Positions 1-14,023 of a stretch of 64,000 nucleotides of DNA are shown piece by piece. The notes under the pieces are model-generated. The model had not been told where the DNA came from. It did no database searches and saw only the letters and a program-made list of their open reading frames with translations. Numbering within the stretch: position 1 is the stretch's first letter; each line of letters begins with the position of its first letter. Origin of the DNA: Euglena gracilis (taxonomy: Eukaryota); NCBI GenBank assembly GCA_039621445.1, contig CP154954.1, positions 49,703,847 to 49,767,846 on the forward strand, read 5' to 3'. The translations under genes were made by a program, and so were the position numbers.

Positions 1-3000
1 CCGCCGCCTCGCCCGCCATGGTCGCTGCGGCGGCCCCCACTTGCCGCTCCCGCAGCGCTTGGGCCTCCGCCTGTGCCGGCCGCCCCGTGTCACCGCCGGG
101 GATGGGGGCTCACAAGGCCCCGGGTCGGCCTCCAGGAGGATCGATGCAGCGATGTGGACCACGTTGACTTCGATGGCGGGTTTCCCGGCTGATCCACCGC
201 GCAGGATTCCAAGGGCGTTGACCCAACCTCATCGAGCCAATTCCTGACAACCCGAACACTAAAGCGGCTCAGTGCGAATGGGGTGGTTGGTGCATGACAC
301 CTGGTTGTGGGTGTGGGGGTGGGTGAGTGGGTGTGGGTGTGCGCGTGTGCAGGTGTGGGTGTGCGCGCTTGTTACTCGGTTGGGCCCAACGCCGCAGCAG
401 GCGGCACAGCACGGGGCGGGGCAGGGCAGCCATCTGCGACCGTAGCTCTTGGAGGGCGGCTTCCTTCCCCTCCACCACCAGCAGGGTCCCTCCGGCAAAG
501 GGGAACCCAAACCACCCCCACCAGGGGTTTTTCTTGAGACCGGGGGGAGGGCCTCCCCACCCACCCACCCCCTGGGGAGGCCCCCCGGAGGGGGGGGCTG
601 GGGGACCCACCACTTTCCCCGAAAAAATTGCTAAAATGCTAAAAATAGCACTTTTTTCAAAAATTTTCGGTGCCTTCGGCCCCGAGAAGTGAATGCCCCC
701 CAGGGGGGCCCCACAGAGGCGCTCGGCTGGACCCACCCACACTACCCCCCCCTCCCCCCCAGGGGTTCAAGACTAAAAAACACCCCTGACCCCCACCCAT
801 AGGACGACACCCACACGGACCCGCGGTGGGGGGCCCCGGGCTCCGCCTGGAGGTCCAGCAACTGCTGCTGCTTCGCCTGCAGTTGTCGGCAGGGCGGGAG
901 GGAGGGGGCCGGAAGGGGGCCCACCCGTTAGTGTAGGCTGCCCTCCATAGCCTGGCTGGGTCTCCCGGGCCTTCTGGTCCTCCTGGGACGCCTGCACCTG
1001 CGCCTGCAGTGCTGCGTGCAAACCGGCAGCGGATTTTGTGTTCCGCCTCCGTTCGGGTGGTATTCGGGTGACAAAGCCATCTGTGAATACCCACCATCTC
1101 CTCCTTCTGATGGACTGTACCAAAACTGGTTGTAATGTCACCAAACGTGTTGGCCAGGTAAGAAATCGCGGTGGTCGTTCCATCAAACAGCCATTAAACA
1201 ATATGTGTCAGCTGAAACAATGAGAACTGGTATTCCCATTTTAGCACAAGCATGCCGCCCTGTCTGCATTAGAGCAATGCAAGGCAAAAACGGAAACAAA
1301 GGGCGCTGCTGGGTTGGGCGCGATCTGCTCCTGCAAGGCAGCGGTGTCCCGGGTGTGCGTCTCCACTGCCCTTCGCTCCTCTAACTGCTGCTGTGCCAAA
1401 CCAGTGCCTTGTCACCTTCCTGCCCACTCAAAAAATGTCCCTCAAATCACAACCCAGAGCGGGGGCGGGTTAATGTTGCTGTGCATCGATTTCGGGTCAA
1501 AACCCATCGGGAGCAGGCTTCTTTTTAAGACCCGGGGGGGGGGGAGGGGGGTACCACCCCAGCCACCCAGCCCGGCATAGGAACCCCCAAAATTGGGCCG
1601 TCTGAGGGCATTTCCTAAAGGATTTTCGGCACTTCGCGCCAAAACCCATGCCTGGGCCTCTGGCCCAGGACTCCCCCCGCCCCCCCAGGGCCGGCACTGG
1701 ACCCCCCCCCTATGGGGGGTCTTCTGACTTAAAAAGAAGCTGGTCGGGAGATTTGGGAAAAGCAATTTCGGCAGACTTCCATCGTCACACTCATTCCACC
1801 CGGGCTTAAATATCTCCCCAGCAAGGGCAGACTCGTTGGCCGCATCGGCTGTATTTCAACGCGTGGGGCCACACGTTGCTTCTTTCCCATCAAGGTCTGG
1901 GGCACCGGCAAGGCCGCGGTCTGCCTCTCCCACCGCTCCGCCTCAAGCCGCAGCGCCTCCTCCCGCTCCCGCAGCGCCGCCGCCCGGCCCGCCAGCTCGG
2001 CCCGCTCGGCCTGCAGCGCCGCCTCCCGCGCCGCGACGGCCTGCCGCTGCTGCTCCAGCTCCGCCTCCTGGGGCCGGGCGACGGGGGTCTGTTCCCATGC
2101 CACTCTCGGGGTTCTAAGAAAGGGAATGGGCCCCCGGCCGACCCAGGGGGGGGGGTGCATTGCTGCTTGTGTGGTCGCATTGCCACGGGGCCCAAATAAC
2201 CACCACCCAAAGAACTGCTGTAATGTAATATAATGGAATTGTAAGGTTGAGATTTCTTGTGTGAGCATGAAATACAAGAAACTAAATATGTAATGGGTGG
2301 GTCATTAGACGCATGGCAAATACAACTTCCTGAGAAATGAGCTGATGAAAGTAAATGTGTACCACAAAGTTTTGGAATCACAAACCCGACGTCACAATCA
2401 GAGTATCAGAGTACCAGAACTGTCAAAGCAACACCGAAACCAAAAAAAATACACTTTGAATTTTTGAAAATGGCAGCCTCACACTAGTGCCCCTGCCTGG
2501 GGGGGGGCACTACCCCCCCCAAATAACCTGGGGTCCTTGCTCCTGGCGGGGGCTGAATAACTTGGCGGAGGGAGGGGCAAAAAAGATGGTTCCAGTAACT
2601 TGGCGGGGTCCTTTTTAGGCAAAATTCCTTTACGGCGCTGAAATAAGGGCCCAAATAACCTGGCGGGGGGGGGGGGCAAAAGTTGGTTCCAATAACCTGG
2701 TACCCCGCCAAGTTATTTGGGGGGGGGTTTAGTATGATGGGGGTATGTCAACCCCATACGTCATACAAGTGGGGCTGATGAGCGATTTTGGCCGATTCTC
2801 CCTCCTGTCCCACTTCCACTGGGGGAATTTCGTTTGTTTAATAGGGTCAAAATCAGAATATTTAGGCCAGAAATTTGGATCAAATCCCAAACATTAGGTG
2901 GCAAACGAGGCCAAACCTGTGGCCAAAAAAATCATCAAATTTAGACCAAAATTATAGCCTTAATTCCTAATCCTGAGCCTTTCCCTTATCATGAACCCCA

Positions 3001-6000
3001 TTTTCCCGACTCGGCACTGGGATATCCGCCAGAAAAAGGGGTGAGCTGAGGTGGTTCCCGGGACTGCCGAAACTGGGGCACCGGTGCGCCAGACAACAGG
3101 GCCTGGACCCCGCGTCATACTAATGCCCCTATGAAGTTGCCAAAAAAAAAAAACAATACGAATACGCCCACAATTTGAGTGGCCAAACCGACTTTTTTTC
3201 TGAGTCCCGGTAAACCGAAAACTTCGAAATCCCTGGTGGTCCCTGGCGTTCGCGGCGCACAGTAACAACCCCTCCCCGCCACCGCGGCCCGGGCGGTGGG
3301 GCGCCGCCGTGGGCTCCCCGGCCTCTGCGGCGGGGGTGGCGGCCAGCTTCGCCCGGGCCTCGTCCAGCTCCTGGGAGGGGAGACAGGGGGGCGAGGACAG
3401 CCCCCCCCCCCCGCAGGGAGGTCGGCCTGGCATCCCCGGGATCCATATCCATAGGCGCACATGCATGCATCCACACAATGCACACCTTCCACCCCCCCCA
3501 TACCTAATGAACACTAAAATGACAATCTAGATGGTCCGGATGGGGCATGCTCATTGGTCATAAAAATGACAAACAACGCAATCTGGACACCCCTGCACTT
3601 CCTGTTCATTGGGCGAGGGGTTCATTAGATATGGGGGGCGGGGGTGCATAGCTACACCTTCCGCAGGCGGTCCAGCTCCTCCTCCTTCTGGTTCAGCCGG
3701 TCCTGCTGCGCCTCCGCCTCCGCCTGCTTCATCGCCCAGTCCGAGAGCAGCCGCCCGGCCTCCTCCTTCATCCGCTCCCCGCTCTCCACCGCCTGCCCCG
3801 CCCACGGCGTCGTCCGAACCGCCCAACCCCACCCCGACCAGGCATCTTTTTAAGACTCCCCTGGGGGGGGTCCAGGCTTCGATATAAGGGCAGGTTGGGG
3901 GGGTCACCCCCCCCCCCGGTCCAGGGGGGAGTGGAGGGGGGTGGGGACACCCCACCCCACCTAAACAGTGGCGCGGTCCAGGTGACCGATTTTTGGCCCA
4001 GCGCAAAGCGCCAGGCTGATAATCCCCCCCCCAAACGGCCAAAAATGCCATTGGGCACTTTTTGGGCAAAAATGCAAAAATTTTCGGCGCAAAGCGCTGG
4101 AAGGAAAAAATCCTGATCTTTTTGCGGAGAGGTGGGGGGGGGGGTCCGGACCCCCTCTCCGGTCCAGTAGGAGTGGGGGGACACCCCTCACCACCTAAAC
4201 CCGTATGCCTTCCTTATATGAACCCAGCCTGGCGCGGGACCCCCCCGAGAGGAGGGGCGGGGACCCCCTAAAAATCGGGTCGTCTGAGAGCATTTCCCAA
4301 AAAACTTTCGGTACTTCGTGCCGAAACCCAAACCTGGCCTCCTTCTGGGGACCTCCCCCCCCCCGGGGGTCCGAAGCCGGACCCAGCCCCCCCCCCCCCC
4401 CTGGGGGGACCTTCTGACTAAAAAAGAAGCCTGGTTCTGACCTCATCGGGAGCCGGGCATGGGTGGGGGGCAGCAGCGAGGGACACACTACCACGGGGCC
4501 GTGGCCGGGAACGCTGCACCTCCTCCTGCAGCCCGGCCAGCTCCACTGTGAGGGACTTGATGATCCCTGTGGGGGGGGGGGGACGGCGATGGCGGCGGCC
4601 GGGTCCTGGGGGCGGTCGGGTGATGGGCCGCTGGGACCAGGGGAGCAACCCAAGAGCACTGGGGTAAGGGGTCCCTGGCCACTCACCACACAAACCGGGC
4701 CAGAAAGAAAATAGCGCCGGCCACAAACAGACAAGAAGTCTAATTCAACTAAGGGGGGGGACCAGACCTCGGTCCGCCTCCAGCTGGGACTCCAGTTCGA
4801 AGAGCTTGGCGTGCTGCGTGGTGTGGGTGACCTCCAGCGCCTTCAGCTTGCTACGCAGCACCCGCACCTGGGGTGACTCGCTGGGGAGGAAGGGAGGTGG
4901 AGGGAATGCAGGGGTGGAGGGCAGGGCGACGATTCCCCAAAGGGGGTTGCTCCGTTGAGCTGTCGCGGGGTAAATTTGTCGGCAGGACACACAACAAATA
5001 GCAGTGTGAACGCACTCTGCATGTTCCACAGGCAAATAAAAGAAGCACTTGTGTTTGAATTAAATCTTTATGATCAACTCCAAAAAGGTAAGTGGTGGGC
5101 TTCTTTCATGTTTGCAAAATACATTTTTCCATCTTTCAAATCTCACAATACCACCCACACACACATACTTTTGCACATCACTCCATACAGTGAAACACAT
5201 TGACCAAACATGCACGTGTTTGTATATGTGTTTGTGTGCTCTGCCCTGCACGCTGGGGAAGGAGGCTACTCTGAATCGTCAGCGCTTGCGACCATGGTTG
5301 ACAGGTCCGGGATGAGGCTGCCAAACCACGAGGAGCCTCCTCCAGGACTGACCTAAAAAAAAGATGTCAGCGCGCCTTTAATGAAAACATTCATCATGCG
5401 GAAACTGGGTGCGGCGCACAAATCCAGGTGCACCCCCAGGATATTGATTGTCTGCCCCGGCAGAAACCTGTAATATCCACCTGCACCACAGATTTGCCCA
5501 TCAGAAAAAAATGGAATACTCCCTTTCTTGACGAGCAAACAGACAACACAAAAACACAGCACATGAGGAATGGGTGGGAAGCATTTCCATGAAGGTGAGC
5601 CTCCCCCGCAGCCCCAAACTGAGGTCATCCGTGAGGTTGCCTGGCCACGAAAAGGGAGGCGGACCTCCTCCATGCTGGAGGTGGCCGCGGGGGCGTCCTC
5701 CGCCAGGCGGTCAAACAGCTCATTGAAGTCGCGGCCGCCCTCCCGCTCCCGCTGCAGCTGTGCGCGCAACGAGGCGGGAGGTGGACTGGAGGGTCGCGGG
5801 AAAACACTAGCGCTGCCGGAGGGTTCTGGGGGATTGGGGAAAAAAAACTGAAAAATGCACAAGCAGGTGACCAAGTTGGGCTTTTGAGATGTGGAAATGA
5901 AAGCAGAGACAGACATATGCAAATAGCAGCAAAGACAGAAGATGAAACAGCAATTTGTTTGTGGTGGAAAACATGGATGGGATCACAACACAAGAAACCA

Positions 6001-7554
6001 CTGCGTATGAAACACGGAAATCATGCAGAAAAAAGCAGCAAAATGCACAATTTCGCAAGAAGAGCCAATAGATACCAATAGATTGATATCACTACCCCCC
6101 CCCCCCCCGCTCAAAGGGAGGCTTTGCCAAATAATTTTTGTAGCCGACGAATTTGAAAATAAAAAACTGAAAAACAGTCCCATAAAGCAAGGGTCGACAG
6201 GGTCATTTTGGCCAGCGCTTCGCACAAAAAGCAGGGGTGAACCTCCCTTCTGGGAACACACACTCAGTTGGCATGGGGGGGGGATTGGGGGCAAGGCAGA
6301 ACTGGAAGGGCTGGTGGGGGGGGGGGTCGAACCCCCCACCCACTACAACATTTTCACCAATTTTGGGGAAACGGGGATTTTGGCCAGAAAAAAAATTTGA
6401 TTTTTTTTTGAAAAATGAACCCAAAATACATGCTTTTTTTGATGGAAAACCACATTTTTTGAGATTTTTTTTTCACAAAGAAATCTCAAAAATTGCAGGT
6501 TTAAAAACTGGTAGTTTTTAGGAGGGGGGTGAAAAAAACGAACCTCAAAAAGATTGGACCAAATTTTGGCACAGTCAAATTTTAGTGACATTTTTTGGAT
6601 TCTTTTGGAAATTTTTTTTGGATTTTCAATGGCATTCTTCTGCCTCAAAAACCTCTCAAAACTTTGAGAAAAATTTGAAATTTTGGAAAATGTGAAAAAC
6701 TGAGGTTTTGGGGGGTTTTGGGGGGGATTTCTGATATGGGTCCCAAATGGGTCCAAAATACACCCGGCGCCGAAGATGCCGGGAAAACTTTTTGGGGTCT
6801 GAAAATTGGTGCCAGGCTTCTGCTTAAGGACCCTAGGAGGGTTACTGGCTAGCCAATCGGCTAGACACTGGAAAAAATTGGACTAGCTAGACCCCCCCTC
6901 CCCCTGGGGGGGGGGGGTCCGGGGGTCCCCCCAACTGGAAAATTTTTTCCCTCCGGCGCTGCGCGCCGAGGTGGAAATGAGGTTTTTAATAGGGGTTTGG
7001 CTGATTTTGTTCCAAAAATTCCCAAAATGGCCAAAAACGGGCATTTTTGGCCATTTTTGGGGGGCCCCAAAAAAATTTCCATGGCAAAGCGCCGGTCACT
7101 GGAAAAAAAATTACACTAGCTAGCCCTGCTAGCAGACCCCCCCCCAGGCCCACTAGCCAAATTTGGACTAGCTGCAGTCCAGCCCCCCCCCCCCCAAATT
7201 CGTTCTTCGACTTTTTGATTTTCGATCCCATTGGCCTGGCTTTGGTGGCTAGTCCGGCCTCTGGCCGGGCTGGACCAAGTTTATTTCACTCGACTCCCTG
7301 GGGGGGGCTCCCAGCCCCAATTTGGGCTGCTGGCTGCATTGAGCTGCTGGCTGGCTGGAACCCCCCCCCGGGGGGGGGGATGGGGTCCCCTCCGGCTTAG
7401 AAATCCCTGATCAAGGCCAACAAAAGCATTGTCCTACGCCAAAACATCGAATGTCCGCTGGCACCTCATGGGGGTCGGCCCGCACCTGGACTTCGTCCTT
7501 CTCCAACTGCAGGTGCTTCTGGGCGAAGCCCCGGACGGCCCCGAAGAGGCTCAT
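1..7554 (-). CDS. Multi-exon coiled-coil protein of unknown function, 3' end outside the window
   Basis: ATG 7554 (MSLFGAVRGFAQKHLQLEKDEVQ|GT). E/Q/A/L/R-rich GC3-rich exons at about 5770-5665, 5352-5280, 4867-4768, 4566-4512, 3810-3658, 3371-3280, 2067-1900, 1395-1320, 1022-958, 884-841, 475-425, 80-1; mixed GT-AG and stem-type junctions; boundaries approximate. Confidence 0.7.
522..788. mobile_element. MITE, hAT-like (8-bp TSD)
   Basis: CAGGGGTTTTT...AAAAAACACCCCTG; perfect TSD ACCCCCAC (514-521, 789-796). Confidence 0.88.
1514..1742. mobile_element. MITE, CAGGCTTCTTTTTAAG family
   Basis: TIR CAGGCTTCTTTTTAAG/CTTAAAAAGAAGCTG; flanks ATCGGGAG/GTCGGGAG (7/8). Confidence 0.82.
3839..4433. 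mobile_element. Composite MITE, CAGGC(A/T)TCTTTTT family with an internal CAGGCTTCGATATAAG-family piece
   Basis: Termini CAGGCATCTTTTTAAG and AAAAAGAAGCCTG; TSD poorly conserved. Confidence 0.6.
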
Positions 7555-7906
7555 GGGGGGCCGGCACGGCGCAGCGCGGCGACAGGCGTGGGAGGGGCAC
7601 CCGCAAGGATGGCACAAATGTGGGGCCGCAACTGAAGAGGGAAGGGCCGGGCGGATGCCACGCCTGGGCGACGGGGCACTGCCCGGGAAGAGGAAGAGCT
7701 GCAAATGCGTGGCGAACTGGGGAATTTGGACTGCTTTTGAACTGGAAACCCAACATTCCTAAATAAGCTCCGGAAACAGGCAGAGCTGAATAAATGTGTC
7801 GGAAGCCCACGTCGGAAACGGTGCTATCCGAAAAACGTTCAACGCTGGTTGTTGTGATGAACTCAGTTCAATGAAAACTTCACTGTGACAGGTGGTCGCC
7901 ACGACA

Positions 7907-8276
<370 letters not shown>

Positions 8277-8835
8277 CATACCATTGCTTAGTGACCCCCT
8301 GGGGGGGTCACTTTCCACTCCGAAAAAAACCAGTCAGTCACTTTTTCCGATAAAACCAGTCAGTCACTTTTCCCGATAAAACCAGTCAGTCACTGTACCC
8401 CCTCCCCCTGGGGGGGGGGATTGGCAACTCTTCAGGAGGCAATGAAAATTTGCCAAAAAGTCTCAAAAAATACAAAAAATTTCCGGCACCTTCGGCGCCA
8501 GGCCAGCCACTTTTGCATTTTCGGGCCTACCCACCCCGGGGGGGGGGGGGCTTTTGGCCAAAAAACCAGTCAGTCGCTCTGAAAAAACCAGTCAGTCACC
8601 CCCCGGGGGGGGGGGGGTATAGGCTCGAGCTTGAACGTTCGAGCTCAAGGCTCCTCTGATGGTAACCCCCCAGGGTCCCAGAATCTAGCAAAAAAAGATC
8701 GAGGATTGAGGATTTGTTGGGCTTTATCCAGGAGGTGCTTGTGTTTGACTGGAAGAACAATTAAACAAAGGCAAATGGAGGGCACTGGTTAGGTGTTAAA
8801 CAATGGTATCACACACCCCACCCACCCACACCCAC

Positions 8836-11820
8836 TTAGGCGGCCGAATTCGCACTTAAGCTTTTTTCCTTTTGATGCGCGCAATTGCGCAAATTTACGA
8901 TTTTTTTTGTAACCCCTGGGACCCTGTACCCTGACACCCAGAACACGATTTAAGAACTGTTACACCCCTGTATTGGAGGGGATTAACTCCCAGTAGTTTG
9001 GCATGCATGCTGCAGACCGAGTGACACGAAGAGGGCTGATGGTGAGACTGGTGCTGTTGTACATCAAACTGGAGAGAGGCATACACCCCTTGTAACGATA
9101 CTTGGAAACGGTGCTGAAGTGCTGGCTAAACTGGCTTGGACACTGCCGCCACCGGTGAGAACACACGGAGTCTCACTAGATAACAAAACCACAGACAGAC
9201 AGACTACGTGAGCCAGTCATCACGCAACTGACGTGTGTTTATGGGCGCAATTGCGCAAATAAAAACAAATGTGTTTGATGCGCGCATTTGCGCAAATAAA
9301 ACGTAAAACGATGATGTTAAAATGACGTGTTGGTGGGCGCAAATGCGCGCACCAACACATTTGGTGGTGTGCGCATTTGCGCAAATGCGCGCACCAACAC
9401 GTTTATGTTTACTTGCGCAAATGCGCCCACAAACATGTACTTTTACTTTCTATGTTAAAACACACCAATGAGGACCATGACCCTACGAGGTTTAAAAACG
9501 TGATGGGCGTGTTGGTGCGCGCAGTTGCGCAAATAAACACCATTACGTTGGTGCGCGCATTTGCGCAAATGCGCAAATAAAACACTTTATACACCGTTTC
9601 AAAATGATGTTTGTAGGAGCCATAGAGCACACAAACAAAGTTGTGTTTACTTGCGCAAATGCGCGCATCAACACACATCAGTTGTGTGATAACATCTCCT
9701 CCTCTGTGACAGCTGGCGAACGCAACTCCTCACGTCAACCAATGATTTGCGCCACAATTACATGCTGATGAAATTTGTGGTGAGAGGTGGTGTGGAGTGT
9801 TCACTGGAACACGGCATGTGACTGGCCAAAATTTGCCTGTCTCACGTGTGTACATTTGCACTGCTGTTACCCGGCCCGATCGGCCTGTTGTTTTGGCGTC
9901 ATCTGTTTGGCAGTTAAACGTCATGAATTGATGACATGCAAACGACCTGTGACTGTTGGACACCTTTTGTGTAACAGGACTGCGTTACAAGAAGACAAAA
10001 TTTGGCACCCGAAATACCCGGGACGTGTCGGGCCGGAGTCCGTTTTACGGTTTTTTCTGCCATTTTTCCCTTGAAAAATGTAAAAAACACCGGTTTTTGT
10101 GCATAATTTAGGGGGAGTGGGTCCCACCACTTTGATGCACGTAATCCAGTGGTAAAGCTTCAACACTTCCTGGCACCCAAAGTAACGGGTGCTTGAGGGC
10201 TACCTCTCTCCAGCTGCCGGTTGCCATGCACTGGCACCAAGTCGTCCCCCCAGCCTTACACCCCGGTTGCGGGGTATAACGCGGTCGCTGTGGTGGGTGT
10301 CGTTGCACCGGGGAGGTCGATGCTGGCCTGTTGGGTGCTGAAGCATCAGCAGCTGATGGGGCTGCAGCAGCAGAGCCCAGGCCGCAGGTCAGCGGTAGGG
10401 CCCTTGGGACCCAAAAATTGGTGCCGGTGGAGGTGTACCGTTACTGGGTGGCTATGAACCCACCTTCAAGAGATCCTATGTCTCCGTCTTTTGTAGGACC
10501 TGTCAATGGTAAAAAAAAAACGGCACCCTAACACCATATACCGGAGGGACGGTGTAGTCATTTGGGTTGAACCCATTCAGAAACCACTAAGGGTGGCTGT
10601 AGGAGCGCCAAAGGAAGTCACTTATTACTCCCCCATTGGTGGTTTATTTGCGCATTTGCGCGCATCACGTTGTTTTATTTGCGCAAATGCGCAAATAAAC
10701 CAGATGTAAAATGAACAATTTACATCTGTTTTATTTGCGCATTTGCGCCCACAAACAACGTGATGCGCGCAAATGCGCAAGTAAACCACTTCCGCTGTCG
10801 GTGTTTGACGGCTGTGTTTCTGTCACACCGTTCTTATTTGCGTTTTATGGGGGCAAATGCGCGCACCAAACACAAAACATGTTTATGCGCGCATTTGCGC
10901 AAATGCGCGCATAAACATGTTTTGTGTTTGGTGCGCGCATTTGCGCCCATAAGCTTGCGTGGTGACAAACAGTGTGACAAATCCACCAACTGGATGGCCT
11001 GTAGGTCCGTGCCGTCACGGCCTCTTTGTCACACCGTTTATCAACGGCGTCAGATCGTGGGTGCCAAAGCCCAGCACTAGAAGGGCAAAATTGTGTTTAT
11101 GCGCGCAATTGCGCGCATCAAACGCAAACACGTTTGATGCGCGCATTTGCGCGCATCAAACGCAATTTTCTTCGCAGGTTCTTTGCCACACAACTGGTTG
11201 TGTGGGTCCTGGGTATAAGCCGGGTGGGAGACACCCATCCCCTTTATTCCCTTCATTCCCTGCGGACCCCATTTCTTCCCCATCTGCGCTTCCCTTGCCC
11301 AACACCCCGCACTTACCTTCCTTCCCCTGTGTCCCTTCTCGCCGGCTTGGTCACACCACACCCACACCCCCCGGCACTTCCTGCCCGCGCTTTAACAAAC
11401 AGCCCACAAACACCACACCCAGGCGCCGCCAGCAACGCAGTCCGGCAAACACCCAGGACTCACACAGCCGGCAGCTCGGACACACCCGAGGACACAGCCA
11501 CAAAAAGCAACAGGGGCAGTAAAGGTCCCGTTCCTAAGGTGCTTTTTTGCGTTTTTTTCAGGGTGGGCCGGCAGGGTCCCGGGGGTTTGGGCCCACAAAG
11601 TCCTTCCCGACACCCCCAAAAAACACCATTTTTCGCCAAAGTCCCGGGGGTCTCCCAGCCAAAATCAGAATTTCGATCGTTTTTTGCACTCTCTTGTTGC
11701 CGTGTTTTCAAACCCCCCTGACCTTCACAGCCGAAACAGAGCACAATCAAAAAAATCGTGAATTTGCGCAAATGCGTGCATCAAACGAAAAAAAGCTTAA
11801 GTGCGAATTAGGCCGCCTAA
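8836..11820. mobile_element. ~3-kb non-autonomous TIR transposon with many GCGCATTTGCGC/GCGCAAAT motifs
   Basis: ~30-bp TIR TAGGCGGCCGAATTCGCACTTAAGCTTTT / AAAAGCTTAAGTGCGAATTAGGCCGCCTA; flanks ACACCCAC/AGACCCAC; no recognisable transposase. Confidence 0.8.
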
Positions 11821-12395
11821 GACCCACCCCCCCACCCCCCCACACCCACACACACACGTACACTGGAAGGCAGGGTGGAACAGCTGGAAATGTGGTTCGG
11901 GGAGTTACAAAAAAAATGTGGGGGGTGGTTCTGAGATCGAATCCCCCATGCAAAGCAGCGTGCGTGGGGGGCAGGGGCTCAGAATGTACGTCGTCCGGCC
12001 TTGCGGTGCCGGGCCTGGGGGGGGGGGGGGGGAGGGCGGCTGGGGTGGGCCGTTCGCATGCGTCGGGGCAGGGTTCGGGGGACAGGGGAGGGGGCAGGGG
12101 GGTGTTCGCGGTTATGGCCTCCGGTTGGTAGCCTCCCTGCGGCTGGAAACCTCCATTTGGCGTCCCCCCCCCTCTGGGACTTGGGGTCCCAGCGGTCGGC
12201 AGTCCAGGGTGGTAAGAGAGGCGGGGGGAATGGTCAGGGGGGAAAGAAAGTGGTAAGGAAGGGAATAGGGCGCGGGAAATCCAGGCGGAGGTGGCGAAAA
12301 GGGCCGAGCCCCACAGCGGCACCCGTCACTGGCTTGAGTAGGGCACCCCCAAGTGTCTGCACAGTGTTTTGTCCCCACCAGCCCTCCTCCCCAAC

Positions 12396-12767
12396 CAGGC
12401 TTTGATATGAAGACAGGAGGGGGAGGGTGGGTCGGACCCCCCCTCTGGTCCAGCACGGGGGGGGGGGACCCGACCTAACCAGTGGCACGGTCTGGGTGAC
12501 TGACTTTGCGCCGGGCCGAAAATCTTTGACACCCCAAAACAGCAAAAAATGCCATTTTGGGCAAAAATTTGTCAAAAATGCAAAAAAAAAAAATGTTCGG
12601 CGCCAAGCGCCGGAAAGAACGATTTGAGCTTTTTGGGGGAGGGGCCCAGGTACCCCCGGGGTGGGTCCGGATCCCCCTTGGCAGGTGGGCTGGGGGTGGT
12701 CTGGACCCCCCCTCCGGTTTGGGGGGACCCAACTAAACCCCGTACAGCCTTCTTATATTGAACCCAG
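12396..12767. mobile_element. MITE, CAGG(G/C)TT(C/T)GATAT family
   Basis: CAGGCTTTGATATGA...CTTATATTGAACCCAG; flanks TCCCCAAC/TCCTCAAC (7/8). Confidence 0.78.
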
Positions 12768-14023
12768 TCCTCAACCTTATTTCTCGGTTTCCTGTGGGGG
12801 GTTTGAGCCCAAAGCCACTTTTCTCCAAATGTCCTTGATCAATGGCCACTTTCACCCAAATGTCTTCGATGAAAGCCACTTTGACGCAAATGATACTTCC
12901 GAAGGATTCCAATTCAATTTTCAGCCCAAACCCTCCCAAAGGGGCCAAAAGGGGGTCGAGGGGCAGGTTGATGCTGACCCCCAAAGAAACCTCTGGCTGG
13001 CATAATTGTTTTTTCTGTTTCGGACTGCCCAGATTTTTCTGGAAGGTTCGTTCCGAAAAAAATTCTCAGTTCATTTCTCAAACACATAGAGCCATTTCAC
13101 AGAGCGGGTGGGTGGGTGGGTGGATTTGTCCTCTGCCCCGGGGGCTGGGAACGGGAAGGCCTGGTGGGGGGGGTCGACCTCCCCCAGCCGAGAGGTGGGG
13201 GGGGGGTGGGTCGACCCCCCCACCACAGCATTTTCACCGGGAAAACGGGGAAACGGGGAAAACAGCATTTTCATTTCGGGAAAACGAGGATTTTGGCCAG
13301 AAAAAAAAATTGAATTTTTTTGAAAAATGAACCCAAAACACATGATTCCTTGAAGGAAAACCACATTTTTTTTTCACAGAAAATCTCAAAAAAATCAGGG
13401 TTAAAAATTCGTAGGAGGGGGGTGAAAAAAAACGAAGGTCAAAAAAAGTGGACCAAATTTTGGCATAATCAAATTTTACTGACAGTTTTTTCTCTTTGAA
13501 ATTTTTTGGACTTTCAATGGCATTTTTTTTGCTTCAAAAACCTGGTTTTTGGGGGGACCCCCTATATGGGTCCCCCCAAAATGGGTCAAAAAAAACACCC
13601 GGCGCCGAAGGTGCCGGAAAAAAAAATTTCAGGTCCAAAAATTGGTGCTCCCGGAAAAACGGAAAAAGGGGGGGGGGGGGGGGGTGGTCGACCCCCCCCC
13701 CACCATGCAGGGGGTGGGGGGTGGTCGACCCCCCCACCCACCACCCTGGCTGTTCGGCACCCTGGCTGCGGGGTCGTGCATGCGTGGGCATTCGCAACAA
13801 GGGGCATGGGAAAAAGCCCCCCCAGGGTCATCAAATAAGTCAATCTATGGTTGTGAGAACCCCTTGTCATTTGGGTCTGAAAAGATATGAGGGCCCTGAA
13901 AATGGGTTTTGGCTGCAGTGGGGTATCTGCTGGTGGTTTTGGTTGTGTGCCCGCTGCAGCCCCGAATCTGGGTTTCCTTCTGGAGGGGTGGAGGGGGGCC
14001 AACACAGGCATGGGCATTCTGAC

